Below, in pieces: positions 41,405 through 54,100 of a stretch of 64,000 bases of DNA. The position numbers and the translations under genes were made by a program. The DNA is taken from assembly GCF_000002865.3 (NCBI RefSeq), contig NW_001865090.1, forward strand, positions 1 to 64,000. The letters are read 5' to 3'. This DNA is from Monosiga brevicollis MX1. Lineage: Eukaryota. Position 1 is the first letter of the stretch; each line of letters begins with the position of its first letter. The notes under the pieces were generated by a model. That model was not told the origin of the DNA. It worked only from the letters and a program-made list of their open reading frames with translations, and did no database searches.

Positions 41405-42349
41405 CTAAGCTGCCAGTTGCTTCTCGAGCTCGGCCTTGTGAGTGTCAAAGTACGCGCACAAAGCACTCAAGCTGCGACCACGGTGGGAGATGCTGTTCTT
41501 GATGGTCTTGTCCATCTCTGCGTAGGTTTCTTCAAACCCGTCGGGCTGGAAGACGGGATCCCATCCAAAGTCGGTGGGGCCCCGTGCCGGCACAATCTGA
41601 AAGGCACAGGAGTAACGGAGCGATTGACAAGACAGTGAATACAGAGAGGAGCCAAGGTGTCCTGGGGTGCGCAAGCAGACATTTGCATGCACATGCAAAG
41701 TTGAGTTTGGAAGTGCCAGTTGGCACAATCGTACCTTGCCCTCAGTGCGGCCGACAAAGGTCTGAATCTCAGCACCAGGTCCGGTGGTGAAAGCAAAGAT
41801 GCATTGGGCATAAGCCGATTTGTCAGGGTAGGCAGCCAGCAGGTTGTTCAGCCCGACATGCCCCGTCTTGTCGAGAAACCACTTGATGTAAGGGCCGGGC
41901 AAACCGTGAAGGGCGTTGAAGCAGAGCGAGGTGTCCTCCACCATCACGGGACCCTTCACCTATGACATGGTAGTCAAAGGTCAAGACGCGCACGCAGACA
42001 AGGAAAGTGTCAGGATCAACTTTTCGCTAAAACCATTGACGTTGCCGCGTACCTCGGCGGCAGCCAAGCGGCACTTTTCGCGGGAAATATCCTCCGGCTC
42101 GCCCTGCAACTCGGGCAAGTCAATCTTGCGATTGGTCAACTCAAAGGGGAAGCCCTGCCCCAAAATCTGTTGCACCTCCTATGCGCCAAAAAAAAAAAAA
42201 CACGGCCATCACCGTGAAGCACACTGGAACCCCGAGCAACCGTTGCATGACACACAGCATCTAGCACGCTGTCTCTCTACCTGCAGCTTCTTGGCATTCC
42301 CCGTCACAAAGGTGATGGCAGCCGTGGTCTTGGCCATCTTGGCAGCCAT
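41405..42349 (-). CDS. ITPA: Inosine triphosphate pyrophosphatase (HAM1); 4 exons; start at 42349 or 42337
   Basis: [61 protein letters not shown]. Confidence 0.97.
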
Positions 42350-42665
42350 GACCCTCCCTCTCGTCTCAAAAATGGCGCCGCTCTCTCTCAAAATGCTGAC
42401 AAAAGGGGTGACGTTTGTACAATTCGCTATGCATGTGGCATGAAAAGGCGGCTCTCAACTATACAATTTTTCGCAGGTGAAGGATTCTGACATTAAGGGG
42501 CGGGCAGGCAAACATCATTCAAAAAAAGGAAAAGACAGCTACTACTACAGTCTCTGGTTTGGCTTGATCTTCAGTCACTGGGCGTCTGCTTGCATCGCCA
42601 ATCCCCTTGAATTTTGATGTTTGACTGCATCAATTTGGCGACGCCGCCTCTCTCTCTCTCTCTCT

Positions 42666-42704
<39 letters not shown>

Positions 42705-42890
42705 TCGCCTGTCGTGGTTCATCAGATCATCAACACCCCAGCTGAAGTCCTCGGGCAGTGCTGCTTCAAAGCCGGGTGGCGCTTTCCGCCGCCAACCACA
42801 GACGGCTTCGTGCCCCGGCAGACCCGCGTCAAGCAAGGGCGTGTTTTTGACCTCCAATCGCCCTGGTCTTTTTCCCCTCAGAGTAGCAAC

Positions 42891-45800
42891 ATGTACGTCC
42901 AAACAAGCCGTAGGCACAGGCCCCCTCACTCGGCACAACGCTTCATGTGCGCCACCCCCTTGGCCCTGCGCTGACTGGATCCTTATCCTGCTCTTCTTCC
43001 ATGTCGCTGTGCCGTGTTCTGGCACCAATAGGACAGATTCCGACGAGGAAACCCTGCGACGGGGCCCCTCAACTCGAACCGGTCCCCCAATGACCAGCCT
43101 GGTCCCGCACAACGAGCCCACAACCATGGAAGGCTCGCCGCTTCCGGGTCCGAAATGTACGTCGACCCCACAGACACTCGCTCAAGCTGCCCGTGCCCCC
43201 GCCGCTCTCTTTTTCTTTTCTTTCTCAACCTCAACGCTCGTCTTTTTCCCAATCTCGCTTGCCGCCTTCAACTCTGGACGCAGCATCGTCGAACCGGGCA
43301 CAGCCCATCTCAGCTTCAGGTACGCATCTGCATGCAGGCTGCGTCAATGCTCTTGGGGTTAGATTAAAGCCTATCCCTGTTGTACCTAGGCAACCTCCTC
43401 GAAGTCGAGCAGCCGGCTGAACAAGGCGTCTATGAACTCAACCTCAATGCGCAAGACCAATTCAACGCCAAGGTAGCCGAATGCTTGCGCGCGCCATCTG
43501 TCTCCCATGTGTTTATTGATATTCACCGTGCAACTTGTCCATTCACATCACCCACCCGACGGCGACCCGACAGCCACCCGCATCCGAGGTGGCCTCGTCC
43601 GCTCGTCCAGCCTTGGCCCACATTGCTGCAGCGCGACCCAAGCCACCCCAAAACAATATGGGCCTGCATGCTGCCATGCTTGCGACTGCCTTTGATGAAA
43701 CCATGGCGCGCAAGCGCAATCAAGGTCGACGCAAACGCAAAAAGAACAAGGGTGCTTCTGGCGATGGCTCAAAGCTCCATGAGCTGCGCCGACGTGAACG
43801 TGTGCGCATGATGTACGTGTCAGCTGCCGACCCTCCCCATAGCCAATCGACCCTGTTTGCTTGCGTATCCTTCCGCGATCGGATCTCATTTGCCACCCCA
43901 CCCCTGTACGCCGTCCTCTCAGCCAAGCGATTGTGAACGAAGTGGAGAGACCTGTCCTGAACAACATTCACGACCGCATGCACGAGCTCCAAAATCCCGT
44001 GCAATCGGCTGTACGTCTAATGGTCATGATCACTTTGCCACACGCTCATTTCCACTCGCATCTCGAAACGGGTTGCACCCGACTCATTTTCTTGCCCACA
44101 GGTCCAACACGATGGCACCCTCACCAAGGTTCAAAAGCAGTTCGAGCCCTTTTTTTTTTTCCTTTACTTTGACTCATCCTTCTTTTGCGCAACGCATTTT
44201 TTTTTGGTGCAAGCTTTGTTTGTGGTTTTTTCCGAATCTTGCTGACTCGAGTCGGACCGCTGCACGGTAGACGCTGGCTCGGCGACAGACCTTTGACGAT
44301 GACACCCTTCACCGCTCTGCCCGGGACCCCATCGCTGCAGGTGTGCCTCGCTTCAAGGCGTCGATAACTTTCTCCATATCACGCCTGCTTGAGTCCCTCT
44401 TTTTGTCTTTACACACACACACGCGCGCGCGCGCACAGAGCGTCTTCGTTTCTGATCAGTGAATCTTAACCAATCTCCTCAGCTCTCGTGGCAGATTACG
44501 AGTGGTACTGCCCGGGTCAGTTGCATCGCAACGGCGTCAACGAATGCTGTCTCAACTTTCCCAAGCGCGCCCAGGACGTGTTCAACCAGTACAGCAACAA
44601 CAAGCAACGCTTATACCGTGCCTTTCGTGCAGTATGTCTCTTCCGCCTGTCTTCTGGCACAGTTTTCCTCGTTCCCCTGGTGCTACTCTGCTCATGACCC
44701 ATCGTGCACCATGTGGCACAGACGGGTCGAGATCACGTGGATGAGGCGAGCTCTCGTGAACGTCAGGCCCGCTTCAAACAGCTCAAGCTGGCCGTAAGAA
44801 AGCACCCATCGCACATGCTATCATGGATCGTGGGACCATACTGGACCTCGGGATTCCACTGCGTCTTTTGGTTCGTGTTACAAGAACTCATTTCATGCAT
44901 GGCCTGATCCTGTTGTCGTCTTTCCCCATCAGGAGCAATCTCGGCAAGAAATGTACCGCCTTTTGCGCTCCAACCCCGGGACTTGGCAGGTGTGGCCAAC
45001 ACCCGGCATCACTGTGCCTTGTTGTATTGGACCAGAGCAATCTCACCCCCTGCTCTCGCCGCTGTTCAACGTCTTGTGCCATGCATCGATGAATTTGAGC
45101 ACAGAGCATACACATTCGCATCCGGCTGTGGTGGAATCTCTTCAAAACCGACTCGCGAAATACCGTTGCGCTCTTCAAGCCCTTTGAAGGATGGTTCCGA
45201 TCCATCGAGAGTCGATTTGGCAATACCATCTTTGAATTCTTTTTGCTGGCCCGTTGGACGCTTGGCCTGAACCTGGTTCTCGGTCTGCTCGCCCTTTTTT
45301 TCCTCATCATTCCACAAGTCATTGACGGCCTGCCACCCATGGTGCGTGCGTTGCCCCACCTTGCCTCTGGTATGCTGTCAGCTGTCTCACCGGCGCTCCA
45401 ACGATCCCTAGCTGCCATTCTCGGCCGAGGACATCTTCACTGGCGACAACTACTTTCTCAATACCACGCTCTACATTGGCGCCTACACGGACGAGACTCT
45501 CCGCTACTCGGTACGCATCTGCATAACTTTTTTCATCTTCATATTGTGTTCTGCCTTTTCCATCATGCTGATCCGGGTCTCGTGTGACCTGCGTTACAAC
45601 GGCTCTGCTGTGCGCCGTCAACACTCACCACCATCGGTCTCCAGGGCACACCTTGGCGCATGCCTTTGGTCTACATGCTGATGGTTCTCGGCAGCTACCT
45701 CTTCTCAGCCCTGCTCCTGGTCATGAACATGCGCAATCAACAGGTGGAGTCTGCGTTTGATCTTCAAGAAACCAACGTGTACCAATACAGCTGTACGTTT

Positions 45801-48154
45801 CGCGTGGCAATCTTTGACTTTTGCTTTTGAGGCATGATTTATGCATTCGCGACTGGGGCTCATGATTCAATGTCCAAAAAAAATTATCTCTTTAGTGGTG
45901 CTCTTCTCGTCGTGGGATCATAACATTTCAGTGGTGGAAAGCGCCAAGGGCCAGCGCGAACTCATCCGCACCAAATTTACGGTTCGTCTCGCCCCCCAAC
46001 CAATCGGACTCGCTTGCTCACAGGATCCAAACCTCGGCTCTGACTGCGCATCACGGCTGGCTCCCCCTTGGTCAGGAAATGCTGTCGGAGCGCCGCCGCG
46101 AAGAGGCGCTGGCGCAAAAGTCGGAAGAGCAAACTGTGGGCCAGATTATCAACTTGTTTCTATCCCGTCTGGGAATATTCACCTTTCTGCTCGGCCTGAT
46201 CGGAGGCTTTGCTTACCTCCTGGTCTACATGGCTGATGTATGTGCCCTGCAAGGCTATCCTCGTGGCTGCGATTGCGTGTCGCTGCTGTTGACGATTACT
46301 GCCGTTGGCGCGTCATAGTACTATCGCAACTCGACCAGCTTTTGGGGTCAGCTGGCCACGCCCTTGACGGCCTCTGCCGGAGCATCACTGCTGCCCAATG
46401 CGTTTTTCGTACGTATTTGATTGAGATCCTCAAGTATGCCGTGCGGATCTCAGTTGCGCGTCTGCCATTTGTATCACGCAGTTTTTGGGTGACTTTGAGT
46501 ATTATCACCCAGCCATCAAGATGAAGCTGCTGATTTTTCGGTAGGCATGGTGTCAGCTTGCTTCTGCATTTCTGCTTGGTGTTTGTCTTCTTTCGGGGTG
46601 CGCCCAAAAGCTTGTCACATATTTGAACGGTACTCATGCTCTCACCGCCTGGCTTGTTTCTTGCCTCTCCTACCCCTTGGTAGCTCATATCTAACGCGAA
46701 TTGCCGCCATTTACTCCATCATTTCTGCGGCTTTCGAGACATCGACCTCCCGCACATTGTCCAATGGAGATGAATTCACGGTTTGTGCTCTGCTCTCAAG
46801 ATGAGATGCCCAGGCGGCTTCCAACCTCAGCAGACCCTCTCACTTGCTCGGTTCAATTTTGTGTTTGCGCTCTATGCTCTTCGCCTCTTTGATGTTTGAT
46901 TATGACGGGTTGATAGTGCTGGGAAACCAACGTCGGGCGGGAGCTGTATGCCCTGATGCTCGTCAACACAGTTTTCATGGCTGTCAGCACACTTTTGTAC
47001 GTTTATACCAGAACTACCGTGAGACAAGCCCGATCCGAGTGGTGCCACGCCGCAGTCACTTTGCGCCTCGCTGACCACCCTGTTTGGCATGCTCGTATTT
47101 ATCTCCCTCGTGTGCCTTTTTGGCGGCGCCTTTGTTCAATGCACGCCAAAACAGCGGTGATGGGGGCCGCTTCCTGTTGACCAAGTTTACAGACAAAGAC
47201 AAACCCGAGACCACTGGCACCAACGCTGCACCGTCAAATCAAGAAGAAAAGATGGGATTCGTGACTGCGATGGCGTTTAAAATGCAGTCTGTGACGGGAC
47301 GACCCACATTCCAGCTGGGCAAGTCAACAATGGACCTGCTGTATAATCAAGCCCTGGTCTGGATTATGCTATTCTTCTCGCCCTACGGCGCCATCATGGG
47401 CTTGCTTTCCACGATGGTGCTCATTTTGATCAAGGGGTTGCTGCTGTTGGCCCTGCTGGAACCCTGGGCCAAGGACAAGACCTACCGCTTCCGCAGTGGC
47501 GACACCTTTTCACTCCAACTTTTGATGCTGACTCTCCTCTTGTCCGCCAGCTTGGTGGGCTATGTGATGTTGTGGTTTGAGCCGTCCCCGGATTGTACCC
47601 CTTTCCGGGGCACCAGTTCGCCTTGGGATGTAATGGAAGAATGGATCCATGGCGGTCCCAGTTGGCTAGTCACCTTTGTTAACTTCTTGACCCAGCCTGC
47701 CTTCTTGGTGCCTCTTCTCATCGTCATGGGGTATGTGCCTGTGCACCTGGGCTGCCTGGGCCTGACCTGTGGCTTGGACGCAACTGTATCCCTTGTCCGG
47801 GACGCAAAGCTCTCGAAATTTCAACTCATTTCGACCCAACCGCGCTGTGTATGCAGATTCGCCTCTTTCCACTATCACAGTGCTGTGCGCTATCACACGG
47901 GCACTGTACTATACATGGATGAGGTTTTGAAAAATGTACGTTCATCTGTACCCGAATTATGACTGGCCTCATCAAGCGCACGGCTGGGGGGGGCTTGAGT
48001 AACGCGTACTCGTCGTGTGATCTGATAGGATCAAGACAGCCGCAAGCGCCTCATCAAAAACTGGATGAAGACGATGCACCACATGGCTGTGGTCAACGGG
48101 CGCAAGGTTGGACCCAACCGCAACTCACAACGCAATTCCCAGCGCCACCGCTAA
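42891..48154 (+). CDS. TMC: Transmembrane channel-like (TMC) protein; many exons
   Basis: PFEGWFRSIESRFG..FFLLARWTLGLN, LFSSWD, CWETNVGRELY, PTFQLGKSTMDLLYNQALVWIMLFFSP and PSPDCTPFRG are TMC-family motifs. The start is tentative. Confidence 0.9.
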
Positions 48155-48468
48155 GGAACAAAAAGTCTTAAATGAGTCGACTGTACATGTTATTTTGCTT
48201 CTCGCCACGAAGAGGAAGAATCCTTTTGCGCATGCTGCCCATCGCAGCCGCTCTCTATAAAGACGGACCAGTCGGATCCAGGCGAGACGGAGTGCTGGTG
48301 CCTTCTGAGATGCGCCGAGCTGGCACCCGTCCGTCTAGCGTCCGACATGAGTTGTTGAGCAGCTGGTTCACCTTCAATCCATCCCAAGTACAAAAGGCCT
48401 CCACCCCTGACTCTGATCTCCTTTCCCTCCAACAACCAGCCCCCAACAGACACACTCCATCTCTCTCT

Positions 48469-48530
<62 letters not shown>

Positions 48531-49044
48531 ATAGCACCATGTTCGAATGGTCACACACACTCTCTGATCATAATTTGTTGCGTTGTCGTCATCTCTCCAC
48601 AAAGTGAGAAAAAGTCATTTCATCCAAATTTTGGGGCATTGTTATTTTGTTGCTTTATGAAGTAACTTCCAAAGTTAACGAAGTTCCTTTACCGTGTTAA
48701 ATGTTCAACAACTGTTTTTATAAACGATATTGTCGTCAATTGAAGAGTTATCGTAGAAGTATCTCAGCCATTTTCTTTCGTGAATCATCGACTGGAGGTG
48801 GAGTCCTTGCGCGATCAAGTGATCGTCCATCCGCTGTTGCCCTGTCGCCCAGTCGCTCGCGGCCTGGTCTTGTCCATCACACATCGGCGTGTTTGTGTCT
48901 GTGTGTCTGTGTGTCTGTGTGTGAAGGGTCAGGGAAAAAGACCAGACTGCGCTGGCAAGCCGTGGAACGGCCTTCTCACCGCAATCTTGTTTTGGTTTTC
49001 CGCAGGGCAGACGTCTCAGAGTTTGCTTGCTCGACACTGGACGT

Positions 49045-50655
49045 ATGCTCGGACCGACGGTGGCAGCGGGCCTGCGTTCCTCTCTTGCGAATCGGCTCGG
49101 TACCTGTGCCCGGCAAAGACCCGTGTTGCCCTGCTTGGTTGCAGCTTCTCTCGCGCTTCGCTGGACGTCAACGCTGCCCAGTGCCAGTGCTGTACTTGCC
49201 CCAGAAGCTGGCGTCAACCAAGGCATTTGGAGCCCGGCTTTGTCCTTTACGAGTCTGCCTCCAACGCAGCAACGCCGAACCATGTTCTCATTTCGCGAGA
49301 AGGCTGAGCGTGTGCCCAAAGAAGAGGCATTACCGGGCCGTGATGAACCTATGAAAGTCGCCAACGAACACTTCATTCTCAAGAATCCCATCAAGCCACC
49401 CTTCCCGGATGGCTTTCAACATCTGGTTCTCGGCACTGGTTGCTTTTGGGGTTGGTTCGAGTGAGCCCTCTTGATTCCCCGCTTCAACGCTAATCCTCAA
49501 AAGTTGAAAAGAAGCGTATTCATCGCCGTTTGTCTGCTTGTGGCTGTGTGTGCATGCGATGGAAACATGGGCATAGGCACGGAGCGGGTCTTCCACAAGC
49601 GCTTGCCGGGCGTGTATACGACAGCGGTGGGCTACACCGGTGGCGATACGCCCAACCCGACCTACAAGGAGGTTTGCACTGGTCTCACCAACCACAATGA
49701 AGTCGTTCTCGTTGTTTGGGACCCGGCTAAGGTGAGCTGAGCGAGACCGGCAAGGGCGGCTATGCTGTCACCTGCCCCGTAGCCCATGCCACTTCGCCGC
49801 CCTTGCCTTATGCTATCTTCATTGACCATCCCCCAAATCGTCAGCTGCACTTTGTCGACGTAATGAAGGCCTTCTGGGAGAGTCATGACGTGACCCAGGG
49901 CAACGGACAAGGTGGGGATGTCGGCACGCAATACCGCTCCGGTCTCTACGTCAATTCGGAGGAGCAGCGCGTGCTAGCTGAAGCAGCCAAGGCTGCCTAC
50001 CAGGTGACTATCGTTGTTTGCCTCCTCCCGTGTGTATTTTGAGTGTCACAGAGATGGCGTGTTTGAGTTTTGCTTGACCTCCACGGGCCCTGGGCTGTCG
50101 TGCTTCTGGTTGTTCTGGGCAGGCAAATCATTCTTTTCCTCACTGATGGCACTGGTGGTGACCGCTGTATCGTCGACCTCATAGAAAGCGATTTCTGCCC
50201 AAGGCCATGGCTCGATCAAGACAGAAATTCTCGACGAACCCACGTTCTACTATGCCGAAGATTATCATCAGGTTGTTGCGTCAGCCAGGGCTTGATATGT
50301 TGCGTTCTGACGAAGCAGCATCTCAACATGACATGCCTGTTTGTCGCCAATGACGGGTATACGTGATCGCAGCAATATTTGGACAAGCCCGGCAATCGCC
50401 AGTACTGCGGGGCCCAACCCCTTGGTACGACTGCTGCGCCTTCGACGGTGTTGCCCTAAACCTGATCACACTCTCTTTCGTCTCGCTTTGAACGCAGAGG
50501 TGAACTCCTCACACGTGTATATTTGTGATGAATTGTTAGGTGTTGAACTGCCGCCTCCTGAGACATGGGACCTTCCTGCTGATCTCAAGGCCTCAATCAA
50601 GCCTAACCCCCAAGTTTGGAGCCGCGTCTTTGACCATTGCGTGTTTGGCCCCTAG
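49045..50655 (+). CDS. MSRA: Peptide methionine sulfoxide reductase A with a possible mitochondrial leader (second ATG at 49282); 6 exons
   Basis: [55 protein letters not shown]. Confidence 0.95.
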
Positions 50656-51190
50656 AGTGCCCGTGGCCCCTTAGGGATCGTTCGGGCATCACCAGCACAC
50701 GCTTCAACCTCGTGACGAGAGATTGTTTGATTTGATCTAATTCATTTGTTGTTGGCTTGATGCTTTCGACTTGCGGGCCGTGCTGACTTGACTTGACAGC
50801 AGCATTGACACGTGAATTGAACTTTCATTTTGAACAATCAACCAAGCATCAACAAATCGACCGTCATGAACTTGTTCGTGTTCTGTTCGGCTGTTCAAGC
50901 CATGTGCGCCAGTCGTCTCTGGTATGGCTCCTCGTCCCCGCTCAACGAGCCAGCACTAGGACAAAAGATCATAATCATAATGTTGGCTAAATAAAGAAAA
51001 ATTACCCAAAAATTTTCCAAAACTAAGCGGAAATGATGCACTGAGGGGTGCACAATTTGTTGTTAATTTCAAAAGTCAAGATGTCTTCTATGTGGCGGGT
51101 TCCGAAAACCCAAACAAACCGGAAAGTACTTGGTTTGAGGGTGTGTTCATTGTTGCACATGCCAAGCACCCGAGGCTCCCGCACTTTCTA

Positions 51191-54100
51191 CTACTCAAAC
51201 ATGGCCAAGTCCTCTGGACTCAGATCCGGTAGATCACCAAAAATGTTTGCCAGATCCATCACATCCATATCACCCTCACCTCCGGCAGCGGCAGCAGACG
51301 AGCCAGCCGCCGAAGAACCAATCGGCGCATCCATTGCACCACCTGTCGTGGAGGGAAGCTCAAAGTCCAAAGCCGTCTGCATCAACTCATGCTCCAAGGC
51401 CTTCAACTTCGCAACGTCGAGATCATCGAATGATACGCTTGGACTGGGATCAGTGGGTGCAAGCGCAGCCGCGCTGGCACCTGACGATTTGGTCTGGGCC
51501 TTGGATGGGCGCTTGCGGGCTGTTGTTGACGATACCGAAGCGGTTGTTGGCGCTGGCACGGGCGGTGTTTGTGCTTTACTCTTTTTGCGAGCCCGGCCTG
51601 CCTTGGTCGGTGGCGCCACAACCGACAGTTCGACGGGAGCCGTGCTGGTGCGTTTGTTGGCCGTTGTGGATCCTCGTCGGTTAGCTCCAGGTTGTGCACC
51701 GCCGCGTTTGGTGGTCCCAGAGCCGGCAGGTACCGGCCCAGTCGGCGCGATATCACTTCCAGAATACACTGCCGTCGGATCGATATGCGGGCGCTTAGCT
51801 TGGGCACCTCCGCCGCCAGTCCCACCTCGCTTGTTCCCGCTCGAAGAAGGAGCGGGGGTGACGCTTGCCGAAGCGGCGCGTTTGTTGGTGCTCACTGCCG
51901 CTTTGCGAGCCGCTGCATCGGGCGCCGCAGAGCCGCGCTTAAGTCCACCCGAGGTGGGTCCCGTGCCCTTGGAAGTGGGGGAGTCTGTTGAAGCTCGGCG
52001 ACTGCCCGCACGCTTAACATTAGCCCCGCCTCGCTTGATTGCTGATGTTGATCCATGGGAGACTGAAGAACTGGCGGGTAACTTGGTGCTGCCCGTCATG
52101 GACCCCCCAAGAGGTGTCTTGGTACTCGAGCTTGATGGAGGCAATAGGGGTTGTGCCGAGCCTGAGAGCTGGGCAGGTTTCGCCGGTCCACCGGTCGCCT
52201 CCGCTGTCTTACGTTGCAGCAAGTTGGCGGGCAACGTCGACGGGGTGTCCACGATCCAGGCGCGTGAGCGAAAGCGACTTGGCATCCACGAGGCAGCCGA
52301 CGTAAGCACGCGGCGTGCCGTCATTTTCTTGGTCCCATGTGCCGCAGGGAGCCCCCGACCAGGGGCTCGCACGGCCTTGAGATGGTCCTCTAGACTGTCT
52401 AATCGACCGTCGCTATGTCGAAGCAGCGCAGCCTCTACAGGCACATTGGCCATCGAAAGGGTGTGTTGTATTAAGGCACGCATGGCCATGGTGGCGGCTG
52501 GCTTGTCCACGTTTTGCAGATCCCTGACGCTTGCACCGTTCTGGCGCTGCTGAGCCAGAATCTGAGCCCTTGCATATTTGCACGCGCGTGCATATTCACG
52601 TGCTAAGAGGGAGTCTGTGGCCAGTGGCGCACCGGTGCTAGAAGCTGCGACCGCGTCCAAATCCTGGCTTAGACTGCTGCTATGCTCTAGATGCTCTGGT
52701 GAGTGAGGCTGAGAGGCAGCTGCTGTAACCGGTGTTGTCTCCGCAGGAGCACTGGCTTCGGTTTTGACCGGCGAGGAGGCCACCGCACCCCCTGACACGG
52801 CGTCCAGGCCCTGGTTTACTGGCGTGGTCTGGTTGTCAGCCGGGGAGGACGATGCCGTTGCAGAGTCAGTGGCGATGAGAGCGGGCATAGATGCTGAGGT
52901 GGTGCTGCCTGTGGTTTCGTCATTCTGTTCGACGGTCGCAGTATCTCGCTCAAACTGCTCTAAACTATGGCGAAGCCGCTCGCGATCGTGAGCTCGCTTT
53001 GCGCGCGGGGCATCGTCAAAAGGCTTGCCGAGCACCTCCACGTTGGCCAAGCGGGCAGCCATGGCTGCGCGAATGGCCTGCATTGCAGGCGAGCGACGCC
53101 GATGTGGACCAAACGGGGCCGGGAGGCCGGTGAGAGCGCGGTTCAGTCCTTTGGGCAGAGCATGGAGGCGCCGTTTTGTCGAAGGATCCGTGGCCAGAAG
53201 GGTGTGTACAGCACGCAGTTCTCGATCAAGCTCGTCGCCGCTTGCGAAAACTTGCAGCTTTGATGCTAAAGGCACCTTCGGGTGTTGTTGCTGTGTATTT
53301 GAGGGCAAGGGCCATTTGGAGTTGGCATGGCGTTGGTTCCAACGTTGCACGTTCATTTCACGCAAGAGCGAGTGAGCCTGGGCTAGGCTTGATGGATGAA
53401 AAAACTGCATCAGAATGGATGGATAGGTCAAGGATCGAGAGAGACCATATGTGGGGCGCGCCAGAGGTAGTGGCGCATGCAGGCGTTCCTAAGGAAAACA
53501 CACAAACAGACGATGCAATTAGGAGAGGCGATCGAGACGTTGAGTTGGTACGTGTTGGCTATCGCCAACATCAGTCAGGGGCGGCACAGGCGACAACTGG
53601 GATGAGCAACTACCTGATAGGTCATTGGCACACGCGGGTGTGCGTCGGCGCGTCGGCCAGCCTTGTGGGTCGTTGATGATGCAGCAGGGCTGGCCGTGTG
53701 ACCCTTGATGGCGCCCACTTCCAAATTTGAAGGTTGTGTGGTTGTCTTGCCTTTGTTCTTCTTTGCCTTGACTCCAGCAGATCCAGTCGCGGACAAGTTA
53801 TCCGTGGCCTTGGAGATGGTCGCGCCAGTAGAGGTGGAGGCGCCAGGGCCACGAGCTTTGGAGGAAGATGTTTTGGTTGGAGGCAGCTTGCTCGAGCTGC
53901 CCTTACCTTTTGCTCCGGGACTTTCAGCAGTGGCAGACCGCGGGGCCGTGATCGAGCCCGTCTTTGAGCCATTGGCCGACAGAGGTTGTGCTGGAGCAGG
54001 TGATCCCGGCGTCATGGGCGTTTTGGGTGTGGCAGCATTGGTCGACGGCGGTGGGGTTGGCTGGTTAGGGAGCAAAAAAGCCATGGGGTGTGCTTTCTCG

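Noticed and set aside
51048..52553. 501-aa plus-strand ORF
   Set aside because: Antisense shadow of the GC-rich last exon of the ATXN7-like gene.
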